A DNA stretch of 48,460 nucleotides, the filler included, from Jimgerdemannia flammicorona (lineage: Eukaryota): assembly GCA_003990765.1 (NCBI GenBank). It is 2 parts of 2 records of this genome, joined end to end, with 100 filler letters (N's around TTAATTAATTAA, not from the genome) between each part and the next. Parts side by side here need not be neighbours in the genome. Positions count along the whole stretch, not along the records: positions 1 to 24,182 come from RBNJ01001010.1; positions 24,283 to 48,460 come from RBNJ01001011.1. One strand, 5' to 3'. How positions within the stretch are numbered: the stretch's first letter is position 1; each line of letters opens with the position of its first letter. Positions 13,150-24,440 of this stretch are shown in pieces. The position numbers were made by a program, and so were the translations under genes. The notes under the pieces are model-generated. The model was given only the letters and a program-made list of their open reading frames with translations. It was not told the origin of the DNA and ran no database searches.

Positions 13150-13880
13150 TGTGATGGTAAGTTGGAAATTTCATAGAAATTTATATAGGAATTTCTATAG
13201 AAATTTCTGTCAGAAATTTCAGAGACTTATAATGATTCATTACATCCTTTCTTTCTTTGCTTAAGCCTACTTATTAAACTTAGTACTAAACTCTAGATAT
13301 TCCTCAAACTGGAAGACAGTATACTGGACTACTTGAAAGATTATTTTACTTTATTATTTATCCCTCAAGTTGGCAATGTTCTTAGGAGATACTCCTCAAA
13401 GATAGTTAAGGACTTAGAGTTAAGTACAAAAAAGGACATAGAGTCTCTTGGCAACTATATATATGGTGGTCAATGAAAAGATAAGCTCATTATTTAGCAG
13501 CACTGAGGGTAACTCATTGATAGATAAGATGTTCTATCTTATAGTACTCTTTAAGTTCTTATTAGTATCAGAAGACTTGGAAATATTGTATTCTTTTAAG
13601 ATATTATTAGGCTTCATTTGGATCTGGATCTCTAGAGATTTGTATATTGACAGATAGTGATTCAGTGGAGTTTCATTAGAATTCAATTGCTCTAAATATA
13701 GCAGTAGCAATCCTGTTCTTGACTTATTTTTGATATTATTACTGAGTACTCATATTAGAGAGAGAGAAGTGAGTTATCTATGCAGATTTATGTCAAGATA
13801 TTTATACTTCTTTTTACTGGAGTTATTCAAGAGTAGAAATATGACTATCTTTTAAAAATTCCATCAGAATTTCCATTACA
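13150..13880. mobile_element. Putative LTR (TGTGATGG...CCATTACA)
   Basis: Imperfect inverted termini with TG...CA and GAAATTTC-type subrepeats near both ends; lies just downstream of the chromovirus pol. No TSD and no second copy in the window. Confidence 0.4.
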
Positions 13881-13889
13881 CTTAGTTTC

Positions 13890-16832
13890 TGTATCAGGTT
13901 ACTACTTCTTCTGTATTTAGCAAAAGATTGTCTTCTTTTTTCCAGATTGTATTATATTCAGGATATTTTTTCCATTTTATAAGATAGTACTAGATAGGCT
14001 TAGCAGCTTGTCTAAATCAGTAATCCTTATAATCTAAGATATGATCAACTTTATATTCTAATTATTGATCAATAATTACTGAATCTGGAGATAGCATGGT
14101 TCTTCCTTCAAAGGTATTTGGAGTATATAGCTAAAGTTGAGATATATAAAATACTGGATAGATTCTTTTTAGAATTGCTGAAAGATTAAGCTTATACATA
14201 TATATATAACAGACTCATATTTCTCAAGGATCTTAAATAGTCAAATAGAGTGTGGTCTAAGTTTCTTCTTTAGGCTAGTATTACTCAGAGTCAGATACCA
14301 GATACTAAGTAATAGTTGTTCTTCTATTTTGTAGGTAACTTCTCTTCTATTTTTGTCAGTATATACTATTTATATCTTCTGTACTTCTATGAGAGCATCT
14401 CATGCTTACTGGATATTACTTTGTATGATATTAGTAATTTCTTATATTGCTGATATGTACTATGGTTTGAGTAGTGATTATGGGAGTTTGTGAGTATTAC
14501 CCATGGTTTAAGTAAAATGGTATCATCTTAGTACTTGTACTTGGGCTATTGTTATAAGCAAATTTGGCTAGAGTCAGCTTTTCACTCCAATTATTTTACT
14601 TATAGCCATAGTAGATATTAAGCATCTACTTCAGGGTTTGATTAGTTCTTTCTATCTAGCTATTTATTTATGGATAGTATGCTATAGATATTTTCAGTTA
14701 CACCTCTAGACTCTTAAAGAGTATTTGTCAAAAGTTGCTTATAAACTTTATATCTCAGTCTGAGATAATTGCTAATAGTAGTCCATAAAGACAGAATATA
14801 TTATAAATAAACAGTTGTACTGTTTTTGATACTGTTGCTATGGTAGTTGTTACAACAAAGTGAGTCTGCTTACTGAGGCAATTAATAAAGACAATGATCA
14901 CATCTCTTTCTTTCTTAGTTTTTAGCAATTAGATAATGAAGTCCATACCAATATAGTTCCAATTTTAGATGGGAATTGGTAGCAGTTGTAGAGTGCTGGC
15001 AGATATCTGATTGCTGGATCTATACCTTTGGTAGATATTATAGGATATAATATAATTCTTGATGTCTAATATATTTTGGACATATAGAAGTCTTGAGCAA
15101 TATTCTGATATATCTTGTCAAATCCTATATAACCAACTATGGATATGTTATAGTATCCTTGCAGAATTCATAAGTGGATAGAGATATCAGAGACTCAGAT
15201 TTTTGTATTATCAAGATATATATATCTATTTTGAACAGACACATTCATGTAGACTTTCTTCATGAAATTGCTGCCTTCTTTGAGGATTTATCTGGTAATT
15301 TCTTATATATTAGTATCTTTGATATATTCTTTCTTAACTTCTTTAAATATATTAGTGATAATGTTACTAATTACTATGAGGTCTTCTTTTTGAGTACTTC
15401 AGAAGAGTATATTGACTACTTCATTCTTAGTTTCAGAAATATGCTTGATTTTAATATCAAAGAGTATAAGGATTTGCATCCATCAGACTTGTCTTTCTAT
15501 AAGAATTAGCTATATCTAGATATATTAGAGAGCTTAATAATCAGTCTATAAGGTGAATTTTTTGCTAAAAAGAAAGTATCTCTATGCTTATAGAGATCAG
15601 ATGACAGCAAGGAGTTTCTTGTCTTATATATGTTGTATAGTTTCTTTTATGCTCATTGAGTTTCTGTGATAGGTAGGTGATAGGATGTTTATATTGGTTC
15701 AGAACTACTCTAATGGTAATATTGGAAGTATCAATAGTAACCACAAATAGTTCTATTGAGTCAGGACTGATCAGAATTGATATATCTGTTAATATTCTCT
15801 TAAGGGTATTCATGGCTATGGTATGTGCCTCTGTCTATTCTTTTTTGATATTGGCTTCTTTCTTAGTAAGGCTTGTAAGTAAGATAGTAATTACAGAGAA
15901 TCTTTAAATAAATCTCTTATAATATCCTGTTAGTTTATTAAATTCTCATAAGGACTTAAGAGTCTTGGAGATAGGTCAATTACAGATTGCTTGGGTTTTA
16001 TTAGAGTTAATGACAATACTATTTTCAGAGATAATATATTCTAGATATTCAATTTTCTTTTTGAAGAAATAGAATTTCTTCTTTTAAACTAAGAGCTTAT
16101 ATTTACAAAGTATATCAAAATCATTTATAAGTACTGTTAGTAAATAATATTACTTATGCTATATACCAGGATATCATCCAAATAGACCAGAATAAAGACT
16201 CTAAGGTATTTTTAAAAAATGGCATTCATTAGTATTTGAAAAGTTATTAGTGTATTGGTAAGGTTAAATAGCATTATATAGAATTTATAATAACCAAATC
16301 TTATTCAAAAGACTGTCTTAGGAATGTTTTCTTCTTTGATATAGATTTGATAATATTCAGATATAAGGTCAAAAGTGAAAATATCTTAGCCTTATATACT
16401 TGATTAAGTAATTTATCAATTCTTAGAAGTATATATCAGTTCTTAACTGAGATTTTATTGAGTACTCAGTAGTTAATATATATATATGTGAAGACTTCTA
16501 TCCTTCTTGTAGATAAAGAGAATTAGTATACTATATGGTGATTTTGATAGACAGATGAGTCCTTTGTTTGTTAATTCTACTAGTTGTTCTTTGAAAGTCT
16601 CTAACTTGAGTTGGGTTAATTGGTAGATTCCACAATAGGGAGGGTCACAACTATGAATAGTTTCAATACTATATTCAATTGCTCAGGCTGATAGCAGTTC
16701 TTGAGATTCTTGAAAGATATCTTTATATTTATTGAGTAGTTCTTGGAGGTTGTCTTTCTCATCATCTTTATCTTTTAGAAGCTCAGAAAGTTCTTCATCA
16801 TCTTCTTCTGGGGTTTCTTTGACTGTATATAT
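13890..16832 (-). pseudogene. Ty3/Gypsy chromovirus pol remnant (RT, RNase H, integrase, chromodomain)
   Basis: Minus strand: LVYLDDILV (~16165-16190), FVVTIDTSNITIRVVLNQYKHPITYLSQKL (RNase H), IGMDFII and IERTNQTLK (integrase), EYKVDHILDY...YLIKWKKYPEYNN (chromodomain, ~13905-14060). Many stops. Confidence 0.9.
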
Positions 16833-16991
16833 TGTAACAGACCAAAATGTACCACCTGAATTATAACTTAGCCAGATGATGCAAACAATTAGCATACTTA
16901 CTCGGCATGATGTAACTTCCAGTATATCATAGTTACTCATGCCCACTATACTTATAATTAGCCAAGACACCAGATCAGGATTATTTACCTG

Positions 16992-17099
16992 TGTCCTGAG
17001 GACACACTTATGTCCAGCAGACACACTCATGTCCTGTAGACACACTCATGTCCTGCAGACACACTCATGTCCTGCGGACACACTCATGTCCTGTGGACA
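16992..17099 (+). repeat. 19-bp tandem repeat TGTCCTGCAGACACACTCA (5 full units plus a partial), continuing after the LINE at 22920
   Basis: Units start at 16992, 17011, 17030, 17049, 17068 and 17087. They are head-to-tail with no spacers. Confidence 0.93.
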
Positions 17100-17275
17100 A
17101 GATTGGACTCCTTTTGCTCGAACCATTCAGAGCAAGCTAAGCCACACAGACATCCTTTCATGACAAACAACACGTTTTCAAGTTTTCCCGTCGTCTATTC
17201 TGGTGTACAAGGTGCGGCAGGAGTCTAGCTACAGTATACAACAAGTCACAATGATTTTGGTGGAGTTTTCGTCAG

Positions 17276-19120
17276 ATGGCAACCCAGGGTTCATCAAGCT
17301 CTGAGCGTTTGGAGAGAAGGAGGCCTGGTCTGGGTCTCCCCAAGAGTTTCGCGGTGACAGTGGGAGCAGGTGTCGGGGCAGGAGGAGTAGGTGGTCAGGG
17401 GGGGCAGGCTGGCATTGCAGGTTGGCACACAGTGATGGGGGGCAGGAGGGTGGCTACTAGGCCCATGGGGGTAGGGCAGGGGGGGCTTAGTGTTGACAGG
17501 GGTAGGGGTCAGGTGACTGGCCAGGTGACAGGTCAGGTGACTGGTCAGGTGCCTGCTAGGGGCCAGGGGTCCGGAAGTGGTGTGGCTGGGACTGGTATTC
17601 CTGGGGCTGGGCCGGTGGCTGGGGTGACTGCTGGAGTATCGGAGAACAAGAAGAAGGTGACGATGGCAGCTAGATCTGGTGAACTGGTGGTGTGTCCCTT
17701 CTTCCACAAATCGGTATCAACATGGGCCATATCGGCGAATTTTTTGGAGCTGGGGATGTCTGCGAGGGAGGTCCTGCGGCTAGTTGGAGAGGAGATTGCA
17801 GGAGCGGAGTCGCTGAAGTTTATCCCATCAGCTGAGGCAGTTGAGATAGGATTCGTCAAGGAGGAGGAGATGGTGAAGGCCTTGGAGAAAGGACTGGTCA
17901 TCAAGAGCATCAAGGTTGGCATGGCGAGGTGCCTGAGGTGGGACCCGTGGGCTGTGCGACTGGTGATTGAAGGGCTGCCAACATTGGGGAGACAGGAGAC
18001 CAAAGGAATAGTAGTGGAGGCACTGGGGGCGTTTGGCGAGATGGTTGATTTCGGGTTCATATTTTGGGAGGGGACCAAGTTGAGGAATGGCAACTGCAAG
18101 GTGATGGTGAGGCTGGAAGGCAAGGAGGCTACGGGGCAAGGGAGGAACTGGCCAGAAGTAGTTCGCATCAGAGGGCAGGAGTGCAAGGTGTGGAGAAGGA
18201 AGGGCTCGGAACAGGAGAAGGAGGAATTGCTAGTCACCCTAGAGGAGAGAGAGACTGCGAAGGAATTGCGGAAGAGGAAATGGGAGGAGTTTGCCAAGAA
18301 TTGGATCTGGATTCTGACTGACGGGAAGAGGAAGAGGTGGCAAAGGGCAAACTGGGAGCATCTGCAGACAGTCCTCCAGGGCTCGAAAAGGGAGGAGGAG
18401 GAAAAAGCAGAGATGGCCAAAAGTCAAATGGAAGAGGTGGAGACAGCTGAGATGTCCTTCTCACAACTGGGGGGTGTGGAGGATTCTACTCACGCTCCAG
18501 TGACAGGGAAGTGGGCAGATAAGGAGGAGGCAACCACTGGGGGCTTTGAGGAGGTCGTCAAGGTAGTACCAGAGACCCAGTTGGAGGATGTTCGTATGGC
18601 GGGAGTGGTGAATGTGCATTGGGAATGCCCAGAGGCAGGCAAAGTGGTTCGGCTGGAGAAGGGCACTGAGGAGGATGATCTGGTAGATGTGGCTTCCGAT
18701 GTGTCGGCGGATAGAGAGATGCTGCAGGAGCTGAGTAGGACTCCAAGGCCTGCCACCCCAGGGTCTATGGTGATGATGGCAGATGACTGGTATCAGGCAG
18801 TACTCGAGGAACTCGCGGAGGAGGATATCAAGAAAGTGGATGTATTTAATGGATCGCAGGAGACCTGGGAAGGATTTCTCAACATGGCATTGCAGGGGCC
18901 AAAGTTGGTGACAGTAATGGTGGTGGCACTTCTGGATGATGAAGGGTATGAGGTTGATGAGGACCATATGGCTGAAATCAGGAAGGTGGCATCAGAGCGA
19001 GTGGTGGTCTTTTGCAATGGGGTGAATAGAGCATGCATCTGGAGGGGTATCTGCAAGGAATGGAAGGCTATTATTTGCAGTAGGGCTGAGAAGGTGGCGG
19101 CAAACCTGGTGGAAATTTAA
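17276..19120 (+). CDS. LINE ORF1 protein, 614 aa, intact
   Basis: Longest ORF in the window, directly upstream of ORF2. Gly-rich N-terminus with GQVT repeats, an RRM-like VRLVIEGLP...EALGAFGEMVDF...NGNCKVMVRL region typical of L1/Tx1 ORF1, and an acidic C-terminal half. Confidence 0.88.
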   Translation: MATQGSSSSERLERRRPGLGLPKSFAVTVGAGVGAGGVGGQGGQAGIAGWHTVMGGRRVATRPMGVGQGGLSVDRGRGQVTGQVTGQVTGQVPARGQGSGSGVAGTGIPGAGPVAGVTAGVSENKKKVTMAARSGELVVCPFFHKSVSTWAISANFLELGMSAREVLRLVGEEIAGAESLKFIPSAEAVEIGFVKEEEMVKALEKGLVIKSIKVGMARCLRWDPWAVRLVIEGLPTLGRQETKGIVVEALGAFGEMVDFGFIFWEGTKLRNGNCKVMVRLEGKEATGQGRNWPEVVRIRGQECKVWRRKGSEQEKEELLVTLEERETAKELRKRKWEEFAKNWIWILTDGKRKRWQRANWEHLQTVLQGSKREEEEKAEMAKSQMEEVETAEMSFSQLGGVEDSTHAPVTGKWADKEEATTGGFEEVVKVVPETQLEDVRMAGVVNVHWECPEAGKVVRLEKGTEEDDLVDVASDVSADREMLQELSRTPRPATPGSMVMMADDWYQAVLEELAEEDIKKVDVFNGSQETWEGFLNMALQGPKLVTVMVVALLDDEGYEVDEDHMAEIRKVASERVVVFCNGVNRACIWRGICKEWKAIICSRAEKVAANLVEI

Positions 19121-19132
19121 ACATTTACATTT

Positions 19133-22100
19133 ATGATGATGAACAGTCTATGTATATTATCACTAAATGTCAATGGTTTGCGTGATGGAGTGAAGCGAAG
19201 GCATTTGTTTCGGTGGCTGAAGAACAGAAGGTATGACTTGATATTTCTGCAGGATGTTCGGGCCTATGGAGAGCAAGATTATGAGGAGTGGAGCAAGGAA
19301 TGGTATGGGAGCACAGGGTGGAATGAGCAGGTTGGAATTCTGGTTGGCTTGGGGAGAGGGGAGCTGAAGGAGGTCGAGAGATATAGTGATCGTTTGGTCT
19401 GGGGGAGACTGAAAGGAGGTGCAGGTGATGGACTTATAGTTGGCTCAGTGTATCTGCCAGCAGTTGGCAGAGAACGAAACCAATGGGTGGAAGGTTGGCT
19501 GGATTGGGAGGGCCGAGAGGAGATTGGGCTGGACATTTTGGGAGGGGACTTCAACATGGTTCATGACAGGACATTAGATAGGTCTGATGGTGGGATCGGC
19601 GTAGTGGTTTCTACAGGGCTCTCATGATGGCTTCAAGTGGAGAAGGAAATGGGAATGGTCGATGGAGTATGACAACATCAAGGTGAGAAGTCAGGGCCAT
19701 TTACTAGGTGGCATCTGGTTGGTGAGGATTTGGTTGGTACAAGGATTGATTGGATTTTGGTGGCAGAATGCTGGGGTAATGTTTTGGATTCGACTGAGGT
19801 ATGGTGGTGTTCCTGGTCAGATCACTGGGGTGTCGAGATGTGTGGGAGATTCCAGGCGGCCAGTGGTGGTGGAGGCAGATGGCGACTTAATGTGGCATTA
19901 CTCAAGAGACAGGGGGAGTGGGACCAGTTTGTCGAAATTGCAAGACAGGAAGTGGCATGGTGGAAGAATAGTGGCCAGTCGATAGCACAGTGGTGGGGGA
20001 AATTTAAACATCTGGCAGGTGCATTCTGGTGTGATGTAGGAGAGGTAGCGGGAAGGGAGCAGAAGGATAGAGAGAGGAGAGCAGAGCAGGGGCTGCGCTG
20101 GCAGTTGAGACTTTTAGAGGGAGAGAACCTCTCAGGGGAACGGCGCTCCCTGTTGATCAAGGAGGTGACAGAGTTGCGGTCAGAATTGAAGGCTGCAGAA
20201 GATAGAGTGGTGGATGGGTTGCTGGCAAGATTGCAAGCCAAGCGGTTGGAAGAAGGAGAGCGACCCACCAAATACTTGTCTGGCATCTTGAAGGCAAGAA
20301 GGGTGAGGCACAGCTGGGCTTCGGTGTTGCAGGAGGATGGCACTAAGGTGACTGATATCTCAGACATGCTTGGGGAAATCTCTGGTCGATGGTGCACCCT
20401 ATGGCAGGATGATGGAGGGCTGATGGAGGGAGGGGCAGCACTGGAGGATAATAACAATTTGGTTGGCAGCTGGCCAGTGGTGGCAGAGCCAGCGATTGGT
20501 GGGGCGGTAATGGGTAGGGTGTCCCTTGAAGAAGTGTTAGAGGTTCTGAGGAAAGTGCAGACTGGTTCATCGTCAGGGGAGGATGGACTGCCTTGGGAGT
20601 TCTGGAAGGAATTTCAAACTGAGCTTGGGGAATGGCTTGTGGAAATGGTGAACTTTACACTGGGGGAAGGCTGCTGGATTGGCAATGGCTCCTTAGGGCT
20701 AGTCTCTCTGCTCTATAAGGAGAAAGGGGACAGATGTGTGTGGTGGAACTGGAGACCCATCATGTTACTGAATGTGGATAGGAAGTTGGTCTCTAAGATT
20801 CTGGCAGGGAGAATGCAACAATGGATTGGCCGATTGGTGGGCGATGAACAGCGAGGGTTTGTGAAGGGGAGGCAGATTAGAGACAGTACAGCATGGGTGC
20901 AAAATGTTTTGGAGGGTTGTCGAAGTCGGCAAGTAGATGGGAGGATGGTGTTTTTGGACCAGGAGAAGGCTTATGACAGGGTGTGGTGGAACTACTTGGA
21001 GGCGGTTCTACAGAAGGCCGGGTTTGATATGGGGGAGGCTCGAAAGCTGATGGGTCTGGTGCGAGATTGCTAGGCTGCAGTGTTGATGAATGGGTGGAGT
21101 GGCCTGGAGTTCCTCTTAGGGCGAGGTGTGCCGCAGAGAGATCCTCTCTCACCCCTGCTTTACATTTTATCTTTGGAGCCCTTGTTGGCATAGTTGAAGG
21201 GGAGGCTTACTGGATTGAAAATGGGGGATGTGGTCTGGAAGTTGGGGGCCTTTGCAGATGATATGGTGGTAGGGTTAGGCAGTGTGGAAGATGTGGCGAG
21301 CTTACAGGAAGGGGTAGGACAGTATGAGATGCTGGCAGGAGTGAAGCTGAACTGGGGCAAGTGCGAGACTATGGAGCTTGGAGCTGGATTGGGGGAGCAG
21401 GGACATTTTGGACAATTAGTTAGACCTGGGGAAGCAGTTCGATATCTAGGCATCTGGTTCTTGGTTTATGGGACAGTGCTGCCAAAAGAGTGGTGGTGTA
21501 GAATGATACAGAAGTGGGAGAATGCCTTGGTGGGCTGGTCTGGGAGGGGCTTCTCCTTGGTTGGGAGGATTTTAGTTTTGAATGTGTACTGGTTACCGAA
21601 GCTGTAGTACTTGGGGTACCACCTGGACTTTCCAGGATGGGTGGTTCAGAAGCTGAAGAAGGTGGTCAAAGGATGGCTGTGGCAGGGAAGGAGATCGCAG
21701 ATTAGCTGGGAAATTATGGTGATGGTGAGGGCAGATGGAGGTCTGGGGTTGGTGGACTTCAGAAGGTGGCTGAAGGTACTTCGAGGCTGGTGGGGTTGTC
21801 GAATGGCAGAATTAGGAGGGGAGGGTTGGAGCAAACTGGCTATGGACAATTGGGAAGTTCGGTTCTGCCCCCAGAGCGAGGTTAGGAAGGACATGCAAGG
21901 TTTGCTCCAGGTTGGGAGGGTTAGCAGGTTACGTTATAGGGGATTTTGGTAGGGTATTGTATGTAGAAGCTTGGCTGGCAATGGGCCTCATTGGCCCAGA
22001 ACCTGGCGAAGAAGAGGAGGACCCAGATCGACGATGGTGGCAATTTGGTGTGATTCATATTGGTGGCCGCCCGTTGGTGGAATACTCTTTATCAGGGGCG

Positions 22101-22754
22101 ATGGAGTGGATCCAGATGGGTCTGCTTGAGAGGTGGCCGGTTGGTTGGCAGAAGGCTGGGTTTGGAGAAGAATGGGAGTGGGGTCGGGTTTGGGGCTGGG
22201 GGACCTCACTACTCAAGATTGCCCCACCCAAGTTCTGGGTGGTATGGTGGCGATTTCTGTGGAGGAACGTCATGCTGGGGTACAGGATGGGGTGGATGGT
22301 AGAAGAAGGTGTAAGGGAATGTGAGTGGTGTTGTGAGATAGATGGGGGAGTAGTGCAGACTCCAGAGCATGTTCTGGCGGCCTGTCCAGGGGTTGAAGGA
22401 TTTTGGCAGACATTGGAAGGTTACTGGGGGGAGGAAAGTGAGCAGGCAGGGGGCCCCACTTGTCGGGTGGTCAAGCGTCGCCTGGTGGGAGAAATTGGGG
22501 ACATCTGGGGAGGCCTGGGTCGGATTATCGGCATCTGGGTACTGATGGCGGTGCACTGGTGATGGGTGTTCGAGAGGGATCCCTGGATGGGAATTGGAGA
22601 ATTGGTGGAGCGGTGGAAGGGGTTGCTCTTGGAAGTGGTGCAAGGGTGGTGGTATCAGGGGAAGAGGCACCAGTTGGGGGCCATGAAGAAGGTGTTAGAC
22701 ATTGTTCAGAGAAGTCGGGAACACCTTGTACTTGGTGAGAAGGGGGTGAGGTAG
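19133..22754 (+). pseudogene. A3 ORF2: APE endonuclease, RT and C-terminal knuckle, with several stops and frameshifts
   Basis: SLNVNGL, FLQD, GGDFN, RIDWILV, SDH, NWRPIMLLNVDRK, FLDQEKAYDRV, AFADD, YLGI, CEWC..EHVLAAC. Stops at 19625, 21071, 21191, 21605 and 21950. Confidence 0.95.
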
Positions 22755-24028
22755 AAAGAAGGGGTAGGCTGAATGGCCCTTCTTTGTATTATTTTAAATA
22801 GTTGTAGGTTGGGTTCATTATTGTTTAAAGGTAATCATAGAGATACATGGATAGTATTCTCTTTCTAGACTAGTGGAATAAAGGAGTCCAAGTGACTATA
22901 AAAAAAAAAAAAAAAAAAATGTCCTGTAGACACATCTGTACTCAGAGGACACACCCAAACATTACTGAAGATAGCAAATCTATAGTTAGCTACATAGTAA
23001 CCAGATAGCAACCAACTTGTATAAATTACCCCAGAGATGAGAGTGAATAAAACCTCAGTCCGAATTGAAGTGCAAACCAAAGAAGCCTCTAAAGATTGAG
23101 CAATTGGTCCCCTTATTCCCACTCTAGTCCACTTTCCGATACAAAGAAGAGTTTGTTATGTTTTTGGTTCGCTTGCCAGATAAGCCTGAAGATTTGCTGC
23201 CTAAGTTCAAGGAGAACTTTGCTGCCTTTGAGAATTCTTGTTATTGGTTCACTTGCCAGATAAGCCTGAAGATTTCTGCCTTTTCCGCTTTTTATGCCAC
23301 CTAAGAGAAAGCTGCCTTGCTCAAGCCAGTTTCTGATGCAACTTTGCAGTGACTCATTTGTGCAAATGAAGCCAGTCTTTGACATAACTTTGCCAAGAGA
23401 CCCTTTCCCAAAGAATGCTGCCAGTTGTTCATATTCCCAGTTGAAGCCTGCCAATTCAGGAAGAATCTGCGCCATCCCATTTCCCAGTTAGAGCCTGCTG
23501 ATTCAGGAAGAATCCACATCACCTGCCATTTCTAAGCTATCCACTGTATTCCTAGTTAAGCCGCCATTTTCCAGAAGTCTGCCAATTCAGAAAGAATCTG
23601 CATCATCCGCCATTCCCAAGTTATCCGCATTTCCAGAAGAGCCCGACCTGTGATATTTGAGTTATTCGTCATTCCTAGTAAGCCTGAGTTATCGAGTTAT
23701 CCGCCACCTGAGATAATTCCCAGTGAGCCCAGTATAGAAGAATCCACGCCATACAATTTCCAGAGAGCTGAATCGAGTCATCTTCCAGAAACCGTATACT
23801 TTTGGAGATCATTGCACTACACAGAGATCATCACACAGAAACTGCATAAGGAGAACTGCTAAATTACCAGACCGTCACGCACAGAGATCATCACGCTACA
23901 CAAGACCATCACCCAGAAATCGCATCCTTTTGGAAATTACCTTGCTATATAAATTCTGCCATTCCCAGTTGACCCAAGAAGGAAACCCATTCACACACAC
24001 ACCCAAATTGCCGCTACACTCAGAGAAC

Positions 24029-24182
24029 TAGTGCTCCGAACGAGTCAATCCGGATGGATTCGAATCGGATTCGAATCAACCATTGTTTTGATTTCCAAAT
24101 TAGACAATTAAATGTTTACATCAATAACTTGATGAATAATCATCCAAATTTGATGATCTTGGTGTCATTTGAAAGCCCTTAA
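24029..24182. mobile_element. Left arm of a younger copy of the TAGTGCTCC MITE, cut by the contig end
   Basis: Begins TAGTGCTCCGAACGAGTCAATC and aligns to the arms of 10741-11253 with CpGs retained. Confidence 0.8.
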
Positions 24183-24282
24183 NNNNNNNNNNNNNNNNNN
24201 NNNNNNNNNNNNNNNNNNNNNNNNNNTTAATTAATTAANNNNNNNNNNNNNNNNNNNNNNNNNNNNNNNNNNNNNNNNNNNN
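24183..24282. other. Artificial assembly spacer (N44-TTAATTAATTAA-N44)
   Basis: Symmetric N runs around a linker that has stops in all six frames. Confidence 0.97.
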
Positions 24283-24440
24283 TTATAGTCACTTGGACTG
24301 CTCTTTATTACCAACGTCTATAATACACACCCTGCAATGTCACATATAATACACAGTGTCCCACCCCTACCCAATACCCCTAGGGACCCCTCCCCTCCTC
24401 CCCCCACCACCCCCTCCTCCCTGTGTCGAAAGTGTTGCCA
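24283..24440 (-). mobile_element. Short 3'-terminal LINE fragment (family C-like)
   Basis: The reverse complement ends AATAAAGAGCAGTCCAAGTGACTATAA. The C-rich tract resembles window positions 1-40. Confidence 0.75.

Larger units (their letters stand above)
17100..22919 (+). mobile_element. LINE A3, youngest full-length family A copy
   Basis: 5' UTR, ORF1, ORF2, AATAAAGGAGTCCAAGTGACTAT and poly(A) at 22900-22919. 13-bp TSD TGTCCTGTGGACA (17087-17099) / TGTCCTGTAGACA (22920-22932). Retains many CpGs. Confidence 0.95.
16833..24028 (+). mobile_element. LTR of Gypsy family G2 (~1.36 kb excluding the nested LINE A3), inserted in the chromovirus and interrupted at right by a MITE
   Basis: Starts TGTAACAG exactly where pol homology stops. 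TATAAAT at ~23020 and AATAAA at ~23046. 22960-23900 is the inverted homolog of 35390-36230. Confidence 0.72.

Noticed and set aside
16992..17099. CRISPR-like appearance of the regular short repeats
   Set aside because: Units are head-to-tail with no unique spacers, there are no cas genes, and the context is a eukaryotic TE region.
17545..18420. Long antisense ORFs over LINEs (e.g. 291 aa here, 259 aa at 25835-26614, 211 aa at 19822-20457)
   Set aside because: Pro/Ser/Thr-rich shadows expected from the C-rich, stop-poor antisense strand; no recognisable domains.
19625..19627. Frequent in-frame TGA/TAG suggesting an alternative genetic code
   Set aside because: Stops differ between copies and arise from CGA/CAG/TGG transitions; frameshifts also occur.
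24183..24282. TTAATTAATTAA palindrome within Ns
   Set aside because: Artificial contig linker, not biology. It also means the inverted G2 LTR pair across it may not be physically adjacent.
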